DNA of 63,909 nucleotides, filler included, from Lenisia limosa (GCA_001655205.1; 14 parts of 14 records of this genome joined end to end with filler, not necessarily neighbours in it), one strand, 5' to 3'. Shown: positions 37,354-49,580, counted from the whole stretch's first letter. Translations and numbers: made by a program. Notes: generated by a model from the sequence alone, not told the origin.

Positions 37354-38999
37354 TAATGTCGCTGGAAGGTGCCACATCATACACCTGGCATCTGGCGGAC
37401 CATGAGGGCGGAACCGGCACGTTTTTGGAGTCCAACGCCGCTGGAGAGCCTGTTGGCCAATGTGGGGACTAATTGGGAAGGGTGTGTGTTAATGTGTGGT
37501 GTGGGAGGCTAATTGGGGAGGATGTTTGTTTGTGTGTGTGTGTGGGGGTGGGTGTTAAGCAGCGAGAGGTTGATTTTATTGGTGTTTGGTCTTATCCCTA
37601 TGCAGTGAGAGGTTGATTTTATTGGTGTTTGGTCTTATCCCTATGCAGTGAGAGGTTGATTTTATTGGTGTTTTGGTCTTATCCCTATGCAGTGAGAGGT
37701 TGATTTTATTGGTGTTTGGTCTTATCCCTATGCAGTGAGAGGGTGATTTTATTGGTGTTTTGGTCTTATCCCTATGCAGTGAGAGGTTGATTTTATTAGT
37801 GTTTGGTCTTATCCCTTTGCAGTGAGAGGTTGATTTTATTGGTGTTTGGTCATGGGATTTATTTTGTGATTATTTTAGACGTTTCTGGGAAGACGGAGGG
37901 TTTCAATGGAGAGCTCTTGATTGAAATTAAAAATGGCCTTTTTAAGGTGAAACTCTCTCCGACGTTTGTGGGTTAATTTCGAATTGGAAACAATACCCCC
38001 TCTCCTAACAACCATTTCTTTACCCCTCCTCCTCCTCACATACTGACAAACCCAGAGCTGACCTCTATCGGGCTATTCGGGATTTGGTATACGCCAATAC
38101 CATGTTAGAGTCAATTGAGTACACCGACTTGTCAATGAAAAACGTGGGAGGAGGGGTATTTAATATAATTGCCAGGTTTACTCTCCCAGGGAGCCTTATT
38201 ATTGCTGTTTTTTTTGTATTTTGTTAGTTTGGAGTTTCGATTATTCGTTTCGAAATGAAAACCAATACGCCAGTATTTTTCATCGAAAATTCCCAAATTT
38301 TCTTCATTTTACTCTCCCAGGTCATCCAACAGAGTTGATTTGGACATTTTTCCAATTTTTTTTACTCCCCCAGGTAGCCTCTATATCGTGGACAACCTTT
38401 AGCGGGGCCTTCTACACCGCGGCGTCCGTGCCGCACTACATCCCGTACTGCTCTCTTTTTGGGACCTACTCCTATTCGCATCGTGAGAATGCCACTCCGG
38501 CGGCAGGCGGAAGTGGGGAGTGGGGGTAAAACGAAGGAAATTTCGATGAAGACTATTGGCGTAAAGGGGGGGGAGTTGTTAAACAATAAAAAGGGATAAA
38601 AGTGTTATTTTTATGGCGTGCGTGGGGATAAGGAATATCAAAGAATGGATGGAGATAANNNNNNNNNNNNNNNNNNNNNNNNNNNNNNNNNNNNNNNNNN
38701 NNNNNNNNNNNNNNNNNNNNNNNNNNNNNNNNNNNNNNNNNNNNNNNNNNNNNNNNNNNNNNNNNNNNNNNNNNATGCGTTTCAGCTTCCACAACAAACC
38801 ACTTCTCCAGGATTTGGGTCAGATAAGCTGCCTTTTTTTGATGTTGTAATATATGTAATGTAATGTGTTTCACAAAGAATCATTTGGTCAGATAAGCTGC
38901 CTTGTTTTGATGTACATGTATGTACAACACCTTATCACCCCATTCCATGAATCACCAAGCACCAGCATCTCCGCTCCCCCTTTGCCGATGGACCACCAG
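37354..38999 (+). CDS. Hypothetical protein, partial
   Basis: Exons bounded by canonical sites: MSLEGATSYTWHLADHEGGTGTFLESNAAGEPVGQ; ADLYRAIRDLVYANTML; VASISWTTFSGAFYTAASVPHYIPYCSLFGTYSY. No family recognised. Confidence 0.35.
37559..37851. repeat. Intronic minisatellite, ~7 x 43-44 bp
   Basis: Unit GCAGTGAGAGGTTGATTTTATTGGTGTTTGGTCTTATCCCTAT repeated head-to-tail with few substitutions and no spacers. Confidence 0.95.
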
Positions 39000-40159
39000 G
39001 TACCGACTATCCCCAGTTTTGCAATTTTTTTTTGTCTGACAATCACCACTACCACCACCAATGCAATGTGATCGAAAAGTGGAAGTAACCAAGTAACCAA
39101 ATTGAAAGAAAATCTAAATAGTCACTTTTGAAAATAGGAAATAATCGCTAGAAACACAAGGAGACCAGCAACTATTACATTTATTGCATTTATTACAGTT
39201 TTCTTGACACCCCAGCAAGTAGAGTTGAGTTTTTTTTTTTAGATAGATTTTGAGTTTAGTTTAGGCACCTCTCACACATCTCTCTCTCTTCTCTCTTTCA
39301 ACTCTTTCACTCTCGTTCACCTCGTTTGCATTGTCCACTGTTTTTCTGTTTCTTGCGTGTTTTTTCCCTGTTTCTCTGGTCTCTCCCCTCAGGAGGCCCA
39401 CGCGGCTGCTATCAATCACAATCACTACCGCCCCTTATCCGTTATCAGTCAGTCACAGACAAGTTTTGTTATTATAAAAAAGAAGAGGTAAAGGGGAGGT
39501 GGGTCTTTAATTCAGTTTCATTTTTGCCATCTTTTCTCTCTCACCTCCACTGTATCTATTGTTGTGATGGTTGACGATCCCCACCCCACTGTTAAAGAAA
39601 TATGATATAGAGATGAGAAATTGTATCTGGCCATCCATACCATCACGCTGATAAGAGATATTGGATATAGTATCATATTTATTCATCCAATCATTTAATC
39701 ATTTGTCTACAAATCTTTGCTTATTCTTGTAACATTTATTTGTGTTGGCAATACTGAATGAATAATCCCCTTGAAAAAATGCATATTTAAAAGATCACAG
39801 AGAGAGAATTGGAATATATATATATATATACTATATATATATAGCGTTCACAGCTACATATGAGATTTCCGAAAGTGTTAAGCTCTAAATCGTCACACAT
39901 CTTGTCTGGTCCTAATAATACTAACATTGAGGAGAGAACGTAGCTATTAGTATCATATGATATACTATATATATATATATATATATACATATATATTATA
40001 TCATTGCAGATATACTATATCAATATTATATTTTATAACTATTAATAGCTATATCATATTTTATAACTATTAATATATCATATTTTATAACTATTAATAT
40101 ATCATATACTACTTTATCTGTGATATATATAGTATGAAACCAAACCACCGCCTTCTGAG

Positions 40160-42877
40160 ATGAGCATTTTTAAGGCTTGTGAAAATGGGAGTCTACAGGA
40201 AGTACAGCGGCTCGTGGAAGCAGATGACAGTCTTATTAATTCTGAAATCCCTGTAAGTAGAATGGAAGAGAGAGGAACTAGCAAGATTCTTTTGTCTTCT
40301 TTTTACTGTGTCACCTATTAAACAATGGCTGACAAAATAATCACTTGGACACTACAGAAAAGCTGTTTTGATGAACATGGGTGAAAGAAAAGCTGTTTGA
40401 TGAGCATGGGTGAAAGAAAAGCTGTTTGATGAACATGGGTACTCTTACCTTTGTGCTTTGGTGATATTCGATGTGAACTTTCTTATTTTGGTTGCTTATA
40501 ACATATATATCTATATATTATATGATATATATATGAGATACAATATGTAATATTTTGTATTTTGTTCTCGTATTTATAGCGCATTCAATGACCTTCATTG
40601 AACAGGGAGAAACACCCCTCAGATATGCCGCTAAATCTGGTCACTTGGATATCGTGAAGTACCTCATTGAAAAGGGTGCCAATCTTGATAAAGCTGATGC
40701 ATATGTGGGTGATCAAGATTGTTAATTGAAGAGATTAACATGTGTTACTTACCTTTGTTCTTTGTTGACATTCTACGTTACTTTCCTTATTTGGTTTGCC
40801 AATATCTTTGGATGACCTTTTTAAACAGGGAAGAACACCCGTCAGCCATGCCGTTGAATTTGGCCACTTGGATATTGTGAAGTACCTCATTGAGAAGGGT
40901 GCTGATATTGATAAATCTAATATAATTGTGGGTGGTGATGTTGTTTAATTGAAGAGATTAACAACTTCTACTCTTACCTGTGTGCTTTGGTGGTATTTGA
41001 TGTTAACTTTCTTATTTTGGTCATATATATCATATGATAATATGATATACTACAAATAGTGCATATCATACATATATTGCATTTTGTTCTCGTACTGAAA
41101 GCGTATTCGATGACCTTCATTGAACAGCCCCTCAACTATGACTCTAAATCTGGCCACTGGTATATCGTGAAGGACCTCATTGAGAAGGGTGCCGATATTG
41201 ATGTCGCTCATGTATTTGTGGGTGGTCAAGATTGTTAATTGGAGAGATTAACATGTGTTACTTGCCTTTGTTCTTTTTTGACATTCTACGTTATTTTCCT
41301 TATTTGGTTTACCAATATCTTTGTATGACCTTTTTAAACAGGGAAGAACACTCCTCAGCCATGCCGTTGAATCTGGCCACTTGGATATCGTGAAGTACCT
41401 CATTGATAAGGGTGCCGATATTCATAAAGCTGGTGGTGCATGTGTGGGTGGTCAGGATGGTTAAAGTCGGAGTCCACTTAAATTGGGGAAAACAATGTTT
41501 TTTTTTGGAATTTCGCCTGCTTTTCCATGTCACATTGCAAGAAATATGTACTTTTCTGAGTCAACTCCAAGAGAATTGGAAAGCATTAATATTTTGTCGT
41601 TTTCTAGTTATTAGCTTTTCCTAGAAGATATGATATGATATATTTTGCATTATGTTTTCGTATTTATAGCACATTTGATGACCTTCATTGAATAGGGAGA
41701 AATACCCCTCAGCCATGCCGCTGAATCTGGCCACTTGGATATCGTGAAGTACCTCATTGACAAGGGAGCCGATATTGATCAAGCAGATATTGAGGTGGGT
41801 GGTCAAGATTGTTAATTGAAGAGATTAACATGTGTTACTTCTTACGTTGCTTTCTTTATTTGGTTTGCCATTATCTTTGGATGATCTTTTTAGCAGGGAA
41901 GAACACCCCTCATATATGCCGTTGAATCTGTCCACTTGGATATCGTGAAGTACCTCATTGACAAGGGTGCCATAATTGATCAAGCGGATATTGAGGTGGG
42001 TGGTCAAGATTTTTAATTGAAGATTTTGTTGATATTCTACGTTACTTTCCTTATTTGGTTTGCCAGTATCTTTGGATGACCTTTTTAAACAGGGAAGAAC
42101 ACCCCTCAGCCATGCCGTTGAATTTGGCCACTTGGATATCGTGAAGTATCTCATTGACAAAGGAGCCAAAATTGATATAGCTAATGGATATGTGTGTGGT
42201 CAAGATGGTTGATGAAATTTGGTAATTGTATTTATGGCATATTCGATGACCTTTTTGAACAGGGATCGCCCCTCAGCTATGCCGTTGAATCTGGCGCCTT
42301 GGATATCGTGAAGTACCTCATTGAGAATGGTGCCGATTTTGATAACGCTAATGGATATGTGGGTGGTCAGGATGGTTGATGAATTTTTTTGACGTAATTC
42401 TACTTACTTTTGTGATTTGGTGATATTCCTTGTTATCTTTCTTATTTGAGTTGCCAATATCAATTTGACATTTGGTACTGGTTTTTTTGGCATATTCGAT
42501 GACCTTTTTGAACAGGGATCGCCCCTCAGCTATGCCGTTGAATCTGGCCACTTGGATATCGTGAAGTACCTCATTGAGAATGGTGCCGATATTGATAAAA
42601 CTGATAATGATGTGGGTGATCAGGCTGATGAATTAGATATATTTTCATGTGTAAACTTTTATTTGCCTTGTATTTTAATGATACTCAATTTGAAATGGGG
42701 CGACATTCAGTTTTTGGGTAGTAAACTTCTGTCTAAGAATATAATTCTCTCAAAGTGATTACTCTATTGGCGATCTTCATTAAACAGGGAAGAACACCTC
42801 TAAGTTACTCCGTGAGTTTGGCAGTCATCGTTCTCCTTATTGATAATTATGCTAATCTCACACTTTCCGATGTTGAA
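40160..42877 (+). CDS. Ankyrin-repeat protein: N-cap exon plus 10 single-repeat phase-0 exons (C-terminus unresolved)
   Basis: Exon 1 40160-40252 (MSIFKACENGSLQEVQRLVEADDSLINSEIP). Repeat exons: 40606-40704, 40829-40927, 41128-41217, 41342-41443, 41696-41794, 41897-41995, 42093-42191, 42263-42358, 42516-42611, 42788-42877. Each is flanked by (C/T)AG and GTG(G/T)GT; consensus GRTPLSHAVESGHLDIVKYLIEKGADIDKADxx; no stop codons. Confidence 0.93.
40355..40440. repeat. Tandem repeat, 3 x 29 bp, in ankyrin gene intron 1
   Basis: GAAAGAAAAGCTGTTTGATGAACATGGGT. Confidence 0.85.
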
Positions 42878-43878
42878 GTGGGTAAAGACATGGTATTTTT
42901 GATATGAGTGGGATTTTCCTACTTTCCTAAAGACCGAATTTCCTGATAAACCCTCGATAAGGATTTTTTGTCTTTGCGTGAGTCCTGTCCAAGACATACA
43001 TGTATTTCTTCTTCTACCTTTCTCGATTCGTGTAATATACAATTTTCTTTGTTTTCTTTTAAAGACACATTTTTGTTGGAATAGTTATTTGCCAACTTAT
43101 TTCCATTCGAACTTGAACCCACCTATAGGACGTGGATAATAACCGCCATTGAAGAGAATAGTTTATGGGAAATGAGCATCATCAATAGTCGACTGTTTTG
43201 ATAAAGTGTGTGATGGTTTTGTTACGTTTTTGCTTGGATCCTTATGGTTGTAAGATCTTGCGAATGTGCTCTGATGGTTTAAGTTTGTCAAAAACGACGG
43301 ACTTGTCAAAATGAATCAGTCTTTGTTGATAAATCTGATCACTGGAAAATAGTTTTCTAATTTCAGTTTTCAAAATATTTCGTAATTGTTTTGAAAAGTG
43401 AAATCAAGATTTCAGATTTCAGCGGAGTATTGAAGAAAAAATGTGAAAATTTCAGGAAATTTCAAAATTCTTATTTCAAATTTGAAAACCCAGTGTGCAA
43501 ACTGTCTAATGAAATGTATTATAGAGTCTGTCCACTGTTATTACACGTGCGTGAATGTAACTATAAAATAGAGGCCCTTGAATTCAATTTCAGTTGAAAG
43601 TCAATTAAACTGGACTGTCATCCTATTTGTCTCTTTAGCAGCTGTATAATATGGACCAGTATTCTACCATTTCGATGCAATAAAGGCCATTTACTTCCCG
43701 TTCTGGGATACTTTGAAGCCTAAATTCTACATTTTTTTGGAGGGAAAATTGTCCTATTTATTCGGATTTTTTTTTGGAAAATGCCTCAAAAAACTGGAAT
43801 ATTCATAATATTTAAAAATGGGGGAATATCGAGAAATGAATACTTTCCAAAAAAATACCAGGACACGGTGTACCCGCA

Positions 43879-43973
43879 GGGTTTCACTTTTGTCCCAAAA
43901 AGACCGGTAAAATTGATATTTATTGAAGGTATTTTGAAAATTCAGTCTTTTTATAAAAACCGAAGTGAAACAG
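43879..43973. mobile_element. MITE family A copy, diverged
   Basis: GGGTTTCACTTTTGTCCCAAAAAGAC...CCGAAGTGAAAC. Confidence 0.65.
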
Positions 43974-44833
43974 TGGGTATCTGTTGTGGAAGTCAGGACC
44001 AAAATTCTACCTGTTTTGGCATCTACTCTGTCTGTTCCTAAATCTGGGTAATATTTTGCAGCCTTGAATATGTGTTATATTCATCCCAAAAGTTCCAGGA
44101 AGTTTCATACTAATTACTTATTTGGGAAAATAGATTTTGGAAAGTCAAAAAAGCCTTCTCATCGTATTACTCTTTGTAACACTGGAGCAGACATAACAAC
44201 GAAAGCTAGGCTCTCTAAACTTGGGAATAAGGTTTTATCATGACTTAATGACTCAAAAGTGTCACTCATTTTTAACACAGTTATCAATTTCGGACGTTTC
44301 GGGAACATATATTATATCTTAGACATGCACTTTCTATCTCAAGCCTTTCCATTTAGGCAAGGCATGTGACACTCTAGATGTTCATAATACTTCAGCCTCT
44401 TTTTTATTTTTCGATTAGAAAAATTGTAAACACTCCTTTCATTGTATTATTTTTTGCAAAATTTGGGAACTCCTTACCCCCAGCAACCCAATGATGAATA
44501 GATCACCCTTACTTATTTAGAACCATTCTCGAAAACCGCAAATTACAGCCATTTTGCAGGACTATGTTTAAATAGTGACTCCGTCTTTGGATCCTTAATA
44601 ATGTGTTACTCTCTTTTTATGAGATTGTCGAGTAGAGTTTTTGCTTTTTGTATTGTAAATTAATGATTTTGCAGCAAAACGATTGGAATCCCGTCACAAT
44701 ATGATATGATATATCATATGATGTCATAAAAAAAAGTAGAATATATGCTACTATGTGATATAATATGTATATTATATCATATAGTATATGATATGATGTA
44801 TTACTATATCTACTCTGGTATATGTATGTAATA

Positions 44834-44860
44834 TAGTGACCTGGATAAGTCTTGACCAAA
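44834..44860. mobile_element. Solo family-B TIR, ~200 bp beyond the 3' end of the Tc1 remnant
   Basis: TA|TAGTGACCTGGATAAGTCTTGACC. Confidence 0.65.
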
Positions 44861-45039
44861 ATGTCAGTGCTGTGTTTACAGCACTATTTTATTTGCAAAA
44901 AAAAAACAGCACCAGTTGGTAGCTAAGGTACCCAGATTTTTGTTTCAAAACTTCTTTCTTAATACGGATTATTTTGTGAATGTGTAACCAAATTTATCAG
45001 AATTGACGTATTTTGGTGAATTTCTGGAATTATGACCAA

Positions 45040-45260
45040 AATGCAAATTTTATAAACTCCCAGCCTGTTCCTGGAGACGCCTCTTGAGTAGACACCAGAT
45101 GTGTTCGATGGGGCTGAAGTTAGGCGATTGAGCGGCCAATCCATGTTCTCGAAGGCTTGAATAGTCAGGTTTATGAATAGTCAGGTTAATCTAAAAATAG
45201 TGGATGCTTGCAATAGCGGTGTACTTAGGGTCATTGTCGCTGGAAAATGGCCTTCGTCAG
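45040..45260 (-). pseudogene. Decayed Tc1-type (DD34E) transposase remnant
   Basis: With two frameshifts and one stop the minus strand reads IFQ-DNDPKYTA...MDWP-AQSPNFSPIEHIWCLLKRRLQE. These are the second-D and E catalytic motifs of Tc1 transposases (FQQDNDPKHT; WPSQSPDLNPIENLW). Confidence 0.8.
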
Positions 45261-46500
45261 GTCGTTGCATTTCACAAACAATAGTGCAAAGCAAAGTTCC
45301 ACTCACCATTTCAAATATGTCATGAATTGTAGGAGGGTCACCAATGAAAATGTTTGACACAATTTTTTGAACAAGCAGCATTTCCTTCTTTTAACAAAAC
45401 TGGAAATTATGAAGAGGGATTACTGGACAATGAAAAGATCTGGTCTGTGATTGTGCTCATCTTATCTCATTTGGCTACTTGGGTCATCCTCTTATCATTT
45501 CCACCAGTTTCTCTCATACTGCTAGAGTGGTGATCTAGCACATCTAGGTTATAATTGACAAGATCTTCTCATTTCAGTCTCATTTTGCAACTTGTGCTTT
45601 ATCCAAGGGTATCTTGATGGTATTTATTTGGAGTTAATAACAATAATAAAGAATACTATGTTATATAATATTATAATATAATCCAATATCTCTATCAGCA
45701 TGTGTGAACAAACGGTTCGGTCGGATATTTGGACTCTGCGAATAAAGTTAATACGAAATAAATTGGTAAAGTGATGGCTAACAAAGTCAAAATGCCTCCA
45801 TAGAATATGCTTGACAAATAAGATAAAAAGGAACATGGGGGCTACAGGACAACTTTCAGTGCAGATGCGATACTTTTGGCTGACACCTGGGGGGGGGGGG
45901 GNNNNNNNNNNNNNNNNNNNNNNNNNNNNNNNNNNNNNNNNNNNNNNNNNNNNNNNNNNNNNNNNNNNNNNNNNNNNNNNNNNNNNNNNNNNNNNNNNNN
46001 NNNNNNNNNNNNNNNNNNNNNNNNNNNAAAAAAATAACAAAAATAATAAAAATATTAATAAAAATCCGATCACTCCGGGACAGAAAGAAAATCCCTGGAA
46101 TGTTATTTAAAGCGAGATGTGTAGCCTTAGATTGGTATTTAATAGCAACCATTCTTCCTCCCTTTAAGTGGCTGACCTGGTTGAGGGTGGGAAGTCGGCT
46201 TTTGAATACGTCTACTNNNNNNNNNNNNNNNNNNNNNNNNNNNNNNNNNNNNNNNNNNNNTTAATTAATTAANNNNNNNNNNNNNNNNNNNNNNNNNNNN
46301 NNNNNNNNNNNNNNNNTTTTTTTTTTATTATTATTGGGGGCTTATTGGAGTGGAAGGTATTTTGAGGGGGTTGTTATGGTTGTATGAAGAAGAAGGGCAT
46401 TATGGAAGTAGACGAAGCCGCCTGTTCATCATTTATTTTGCAACGTCCTAACAAAGTCCCTATTGTAGAATCCAGTAGACATTGGAGAGACAACGATCAG

Positions 46501-47514
46501 CCTTGCGCATTGCACCATTCCCCTTGCCATGTGTGACAAGTACGTTCTCAGAACACACTTCGAAAGCTCCTCCAGTGTCGCTATCCAGGTTGGTTTATTA
46601 TAAGTGTATAAGAGCTATTGTCTACAGTTACAAAAATGATTGAATTTCTAGATATCATATATTCTCCTCTCAGCATAACAATACCTTCTCCACATGGACC
46701 GGACCAGATGCCAATCCCGGAATTTGGGCCCATAACTGAGAATTCTGGGAGTTATTTTCTTTAGAATTCGCATTTTCTTTCGACTCCATTTTCTGAAGAT
46801 TCTTCAAAAATAACCTTCACCACCCTTCACAGGGCCATTTACGCGAGCTGGAAAATGCCACCCTCTTCCGTGTTGATGCTACATCAGGTGAGAAACACTT
46901 CGGAAATTAGTTTGCTTTGATTACACGCTAGTAGTTTGTTATCCCCTTTCTATAGACCGCATCTACTGTGCCTCTGGTGATGTGAAGAATTGTGACGTTT
47001 CTGAGCAACGTTGCCGCACTCAGGTGGGCCTTTGTTGATAAAATCTTCAGTGAACGTGATAAGTCTTGACCTGTTTTCCCTGGGAAATCACATAGGAAAT
47101 CGGTCAAGATTGATCCCGGTCACGTCACTGTATCTCAGGTGTGTTCATACAGACGCTATTTAGTATTTGGAGGGTTGATTTGTTAGGATTAAAAGGTAGA
47201 CATAAATATCTTGAGTCAGAATACATAGAGTATAGAGCATACTACTGTGGAGGCTGGATCTTTTCGTTAAATGACTCGAATATTAGATGACTCGAATATT
47301 AGTACCCCAACACTATGGGTCCTAGTCCCACCTAGTACCTGTTACCCTTTTTCCATTTGAGGTTGAATTTCCACTGATCCAAAAGGCGACATTCCACACT
47401 ACCAAGGAATCGGTCTCTCAGCTTCTGGCCCATCCCATTGGCAACCACCTTATCCTGTCCCCCATCGCTCTCTCCGGTCTTCTTGAGGCCTACCTCAGCC
47501 TTTTCGCTGTTTAA
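46501..47514 (+). CDS. Hypothetical protein, C-terminal part
   Basis: Small exons GHLRELENATLFRVDATS-DRIYCASGDVKNCDVSEQRCRTQ and terminal ESVSQLLAHPIGNHLILSPIALSGLLEAYLSLFAV*. Family not recognised. Confidence 0.35.
47048..47130. mobile_element. MITE family B copy
   Basis: CAGTGAACGTGATAAGTCTTGACC...GGTCAAGATTGATCCCGGTCACGTCACTG|TA. Confidence 0.8.
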
Positions 47515-48324
47515 CTACTTTATTTTTACTGTTCCTCTCGTAGCAGACATATTAGATACATATATCTTTATTTTCTAGATTGTCGGGATGAAGATGAGGG
47601 GATGTTGCTTAAGGGGGGAGAAAAGGTGTTATCTAGAGAGTGGTTTGCATTATGAGACACTATATCGCTATAGGGATGAGAAATACAACAAGGTTGTATC
47701 TGGCCGAAGCCGTNNNNNNNNNNNNNNNNNNNNNNNNNNNNNNNNNTTCGCTGCAGATGTAACACATGAAGATACATATACCGGGTGATCATCACAAATG
47801 ATTCAAATAAATAGGTAGCTTTACAAAAATACCACGGAACATATTCAGGGTAGGGCCTACGCTGCCGTTTCTAAACAGTAAGAACAAAACTTGGGTCCTT
47901 GAACACAACGGCACATCGACTTGGAATTCTTGTGAAAACGTTATGGGAATCCCATGAAATTCTATGGAGATTTGAGGAATTTATGGGATTCCCAAATAGT
48001 ATAAGGTAATCCCAAGTCGATGCGTAGTGTTGTGGACGAAATGTTGCAATTCTGTAATCGCTAAGAGCTTACCTGTAATAGGCTATTTCCATGAACAAAT
48101 GGAACAAAAGGCAAACAGGGTCCGGGTCAAGACCTTCTGCTAGCGCCTTGAACGTTGAATTTGGCAGAGAGATCGCCTTTTCGGGGGATGTTATCGAAAC
48201 ACCTGAGGCGTGATAAAGAGTATTTAACACAGATAAAAATTCCGACTCCATTTGAAACAAATTTCAATTTGAACAGATAAATGAAAAGTGCTCTATTTGA
48301 ACAAGAAATAATAGCATATTGTAA

Positions 48325-48420
48325 GGGCTTCACTTCGGTTCAAAAAAGACCGAAAATATATTGATAATTTTCGAGGATTTATTGATAAATTCAGTCCTTT
48401 TTCAAACCGAAGTGAAGCCC
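48325..48420. mobile_element. MITE family A copy (cleanest)
   Basis: 96 bp; GGGCTTCACTTCGGTT...AACCGAAGTGAAGCCC|TA, perfect 16-bp TIR. Confidence 0.9.
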
Positions 48421-49104
48421 TATAATATACAATATATGTGTGGTGTTTATGGGACAAGATCGTGTATGTTAGGCGTTTTATCCCTTTAAATAATGCATTA
48501 CTTGTATATTCAATTTAAACAGATATGTTGATTTCCTCAACAAAAGGCAGAAACTCTTTTTCGTTTTACAAAAGGAAGAAAACAGGCCTCCCTCCAACCT
48601 ATATGAAACTGTTCCCGAAAACGTGACTTCAACAACCGGGCTAAATATGACACTAAAGGAATCAGAACCGGAAGAAATAAGATAAGGAATATGACTAGGG
48701 AATATGACCATATATCAAGAAGTATTATGGGGGACAATGCAACAAGATGATCACTCTATCCTACATCAAGAGAGTTATTATGGTTAAAAAAGGCATCAAG
48801 GGAAGGATGAATAAGATAAGAAGAAAACCTATTAATCCAAATTATCTATTCCCCCAAAACTAACTTTGAAAAGAGTATTCAACCTCCAAAACATATAATT
48901 GAAAAGAGTAAGATTGTCCCCCCCCCCCCANNNNNNNNNNNNNNNNNNNNNNNNNNNNNNNNNNNNNNNNNNNNNNNNNNNNNNNNNNNNNNNNNNNNNN
49001 NNNNNNNNNCAAAACATACAACTGAAAAGACGTGGAGAAGTCCTCGAAGAAAAACGCCTTGTTCAGTACGATGATTTCTGCAGATGAAGCCAGGACCGTT
49101 CGAG

Positions 49105-49320
49105 TGCCATTAGACTGGATGTGGTGAAGATGAGAATATGAGGTAGACTGGAAGATGAGAATGGAGTAAACTGGAAGATGTGAAGATGTGAAGATGAGAA
49201 AATGGAGTTGAATGGAAAATGAAAATGGAGTAGACTGGAAGTGGTGAAGATGAGAAAATGGAGTTGACAGGAAGAAAGATGAGAAGATGTGAAAATGGAG
49301 TAGACTGGAAGATGTCAGGG
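49105..49320. repeat. Degenerate purine-rich tandem repeat
   Basis: Recurrent GAGTAGACTGGAAGATGTGAAGATGAGAAAATG-like units. Confidence 0.7.
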
Positions 49321-49523
49321 AAATGAAATTGCTGGAATATAAATTTGTATAATATATGAAGAGAGGATGGTTCGGTTAACATCAGGCGAGGCATAAAATC
49401 TTGTGGGGAATTAGAGAATTGGACACGCTATCTTTTGAAAAATTTCGCATCACACCATAACCATCCTTTCTTCATCCATCCCAGAAATAGCGTTTCCCCA
49501 TTAATTTTAGAGACTTCAAATTA

Positions 49524-49580
49524 GGGCTTCACTTCGGCCCGAAAAAGGCCGGTAAAATTTCGATAGTTTTTCGAGGATTG
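49524..49580. mobile_element. MITE family A, left half
   Basis: TA|GGGCTTCACTTCGGCCCGAAAAAGGCCGG...; right end missing. Confidence 0.7.

Noticed and set aside
37559-37851. CRISPR-like array
   Set aside because: Direct tandem units with no unique spacers, no cas genes, and a eukaryotic intron context.
41309-42551. Repeated minus-strand ORFs (…VNEVLHDIQVARFNG…)
   Set aside because: Antisense shadows of the ankyrin cassettes, with no independent coding signal.
45310-49100. Further minus-strand exons at ~45310-46216 and ~48070-49100
   Set aside because: Plausible splice sites, but several frames are open and no family motif is recognisable; not supportable as gene calls.
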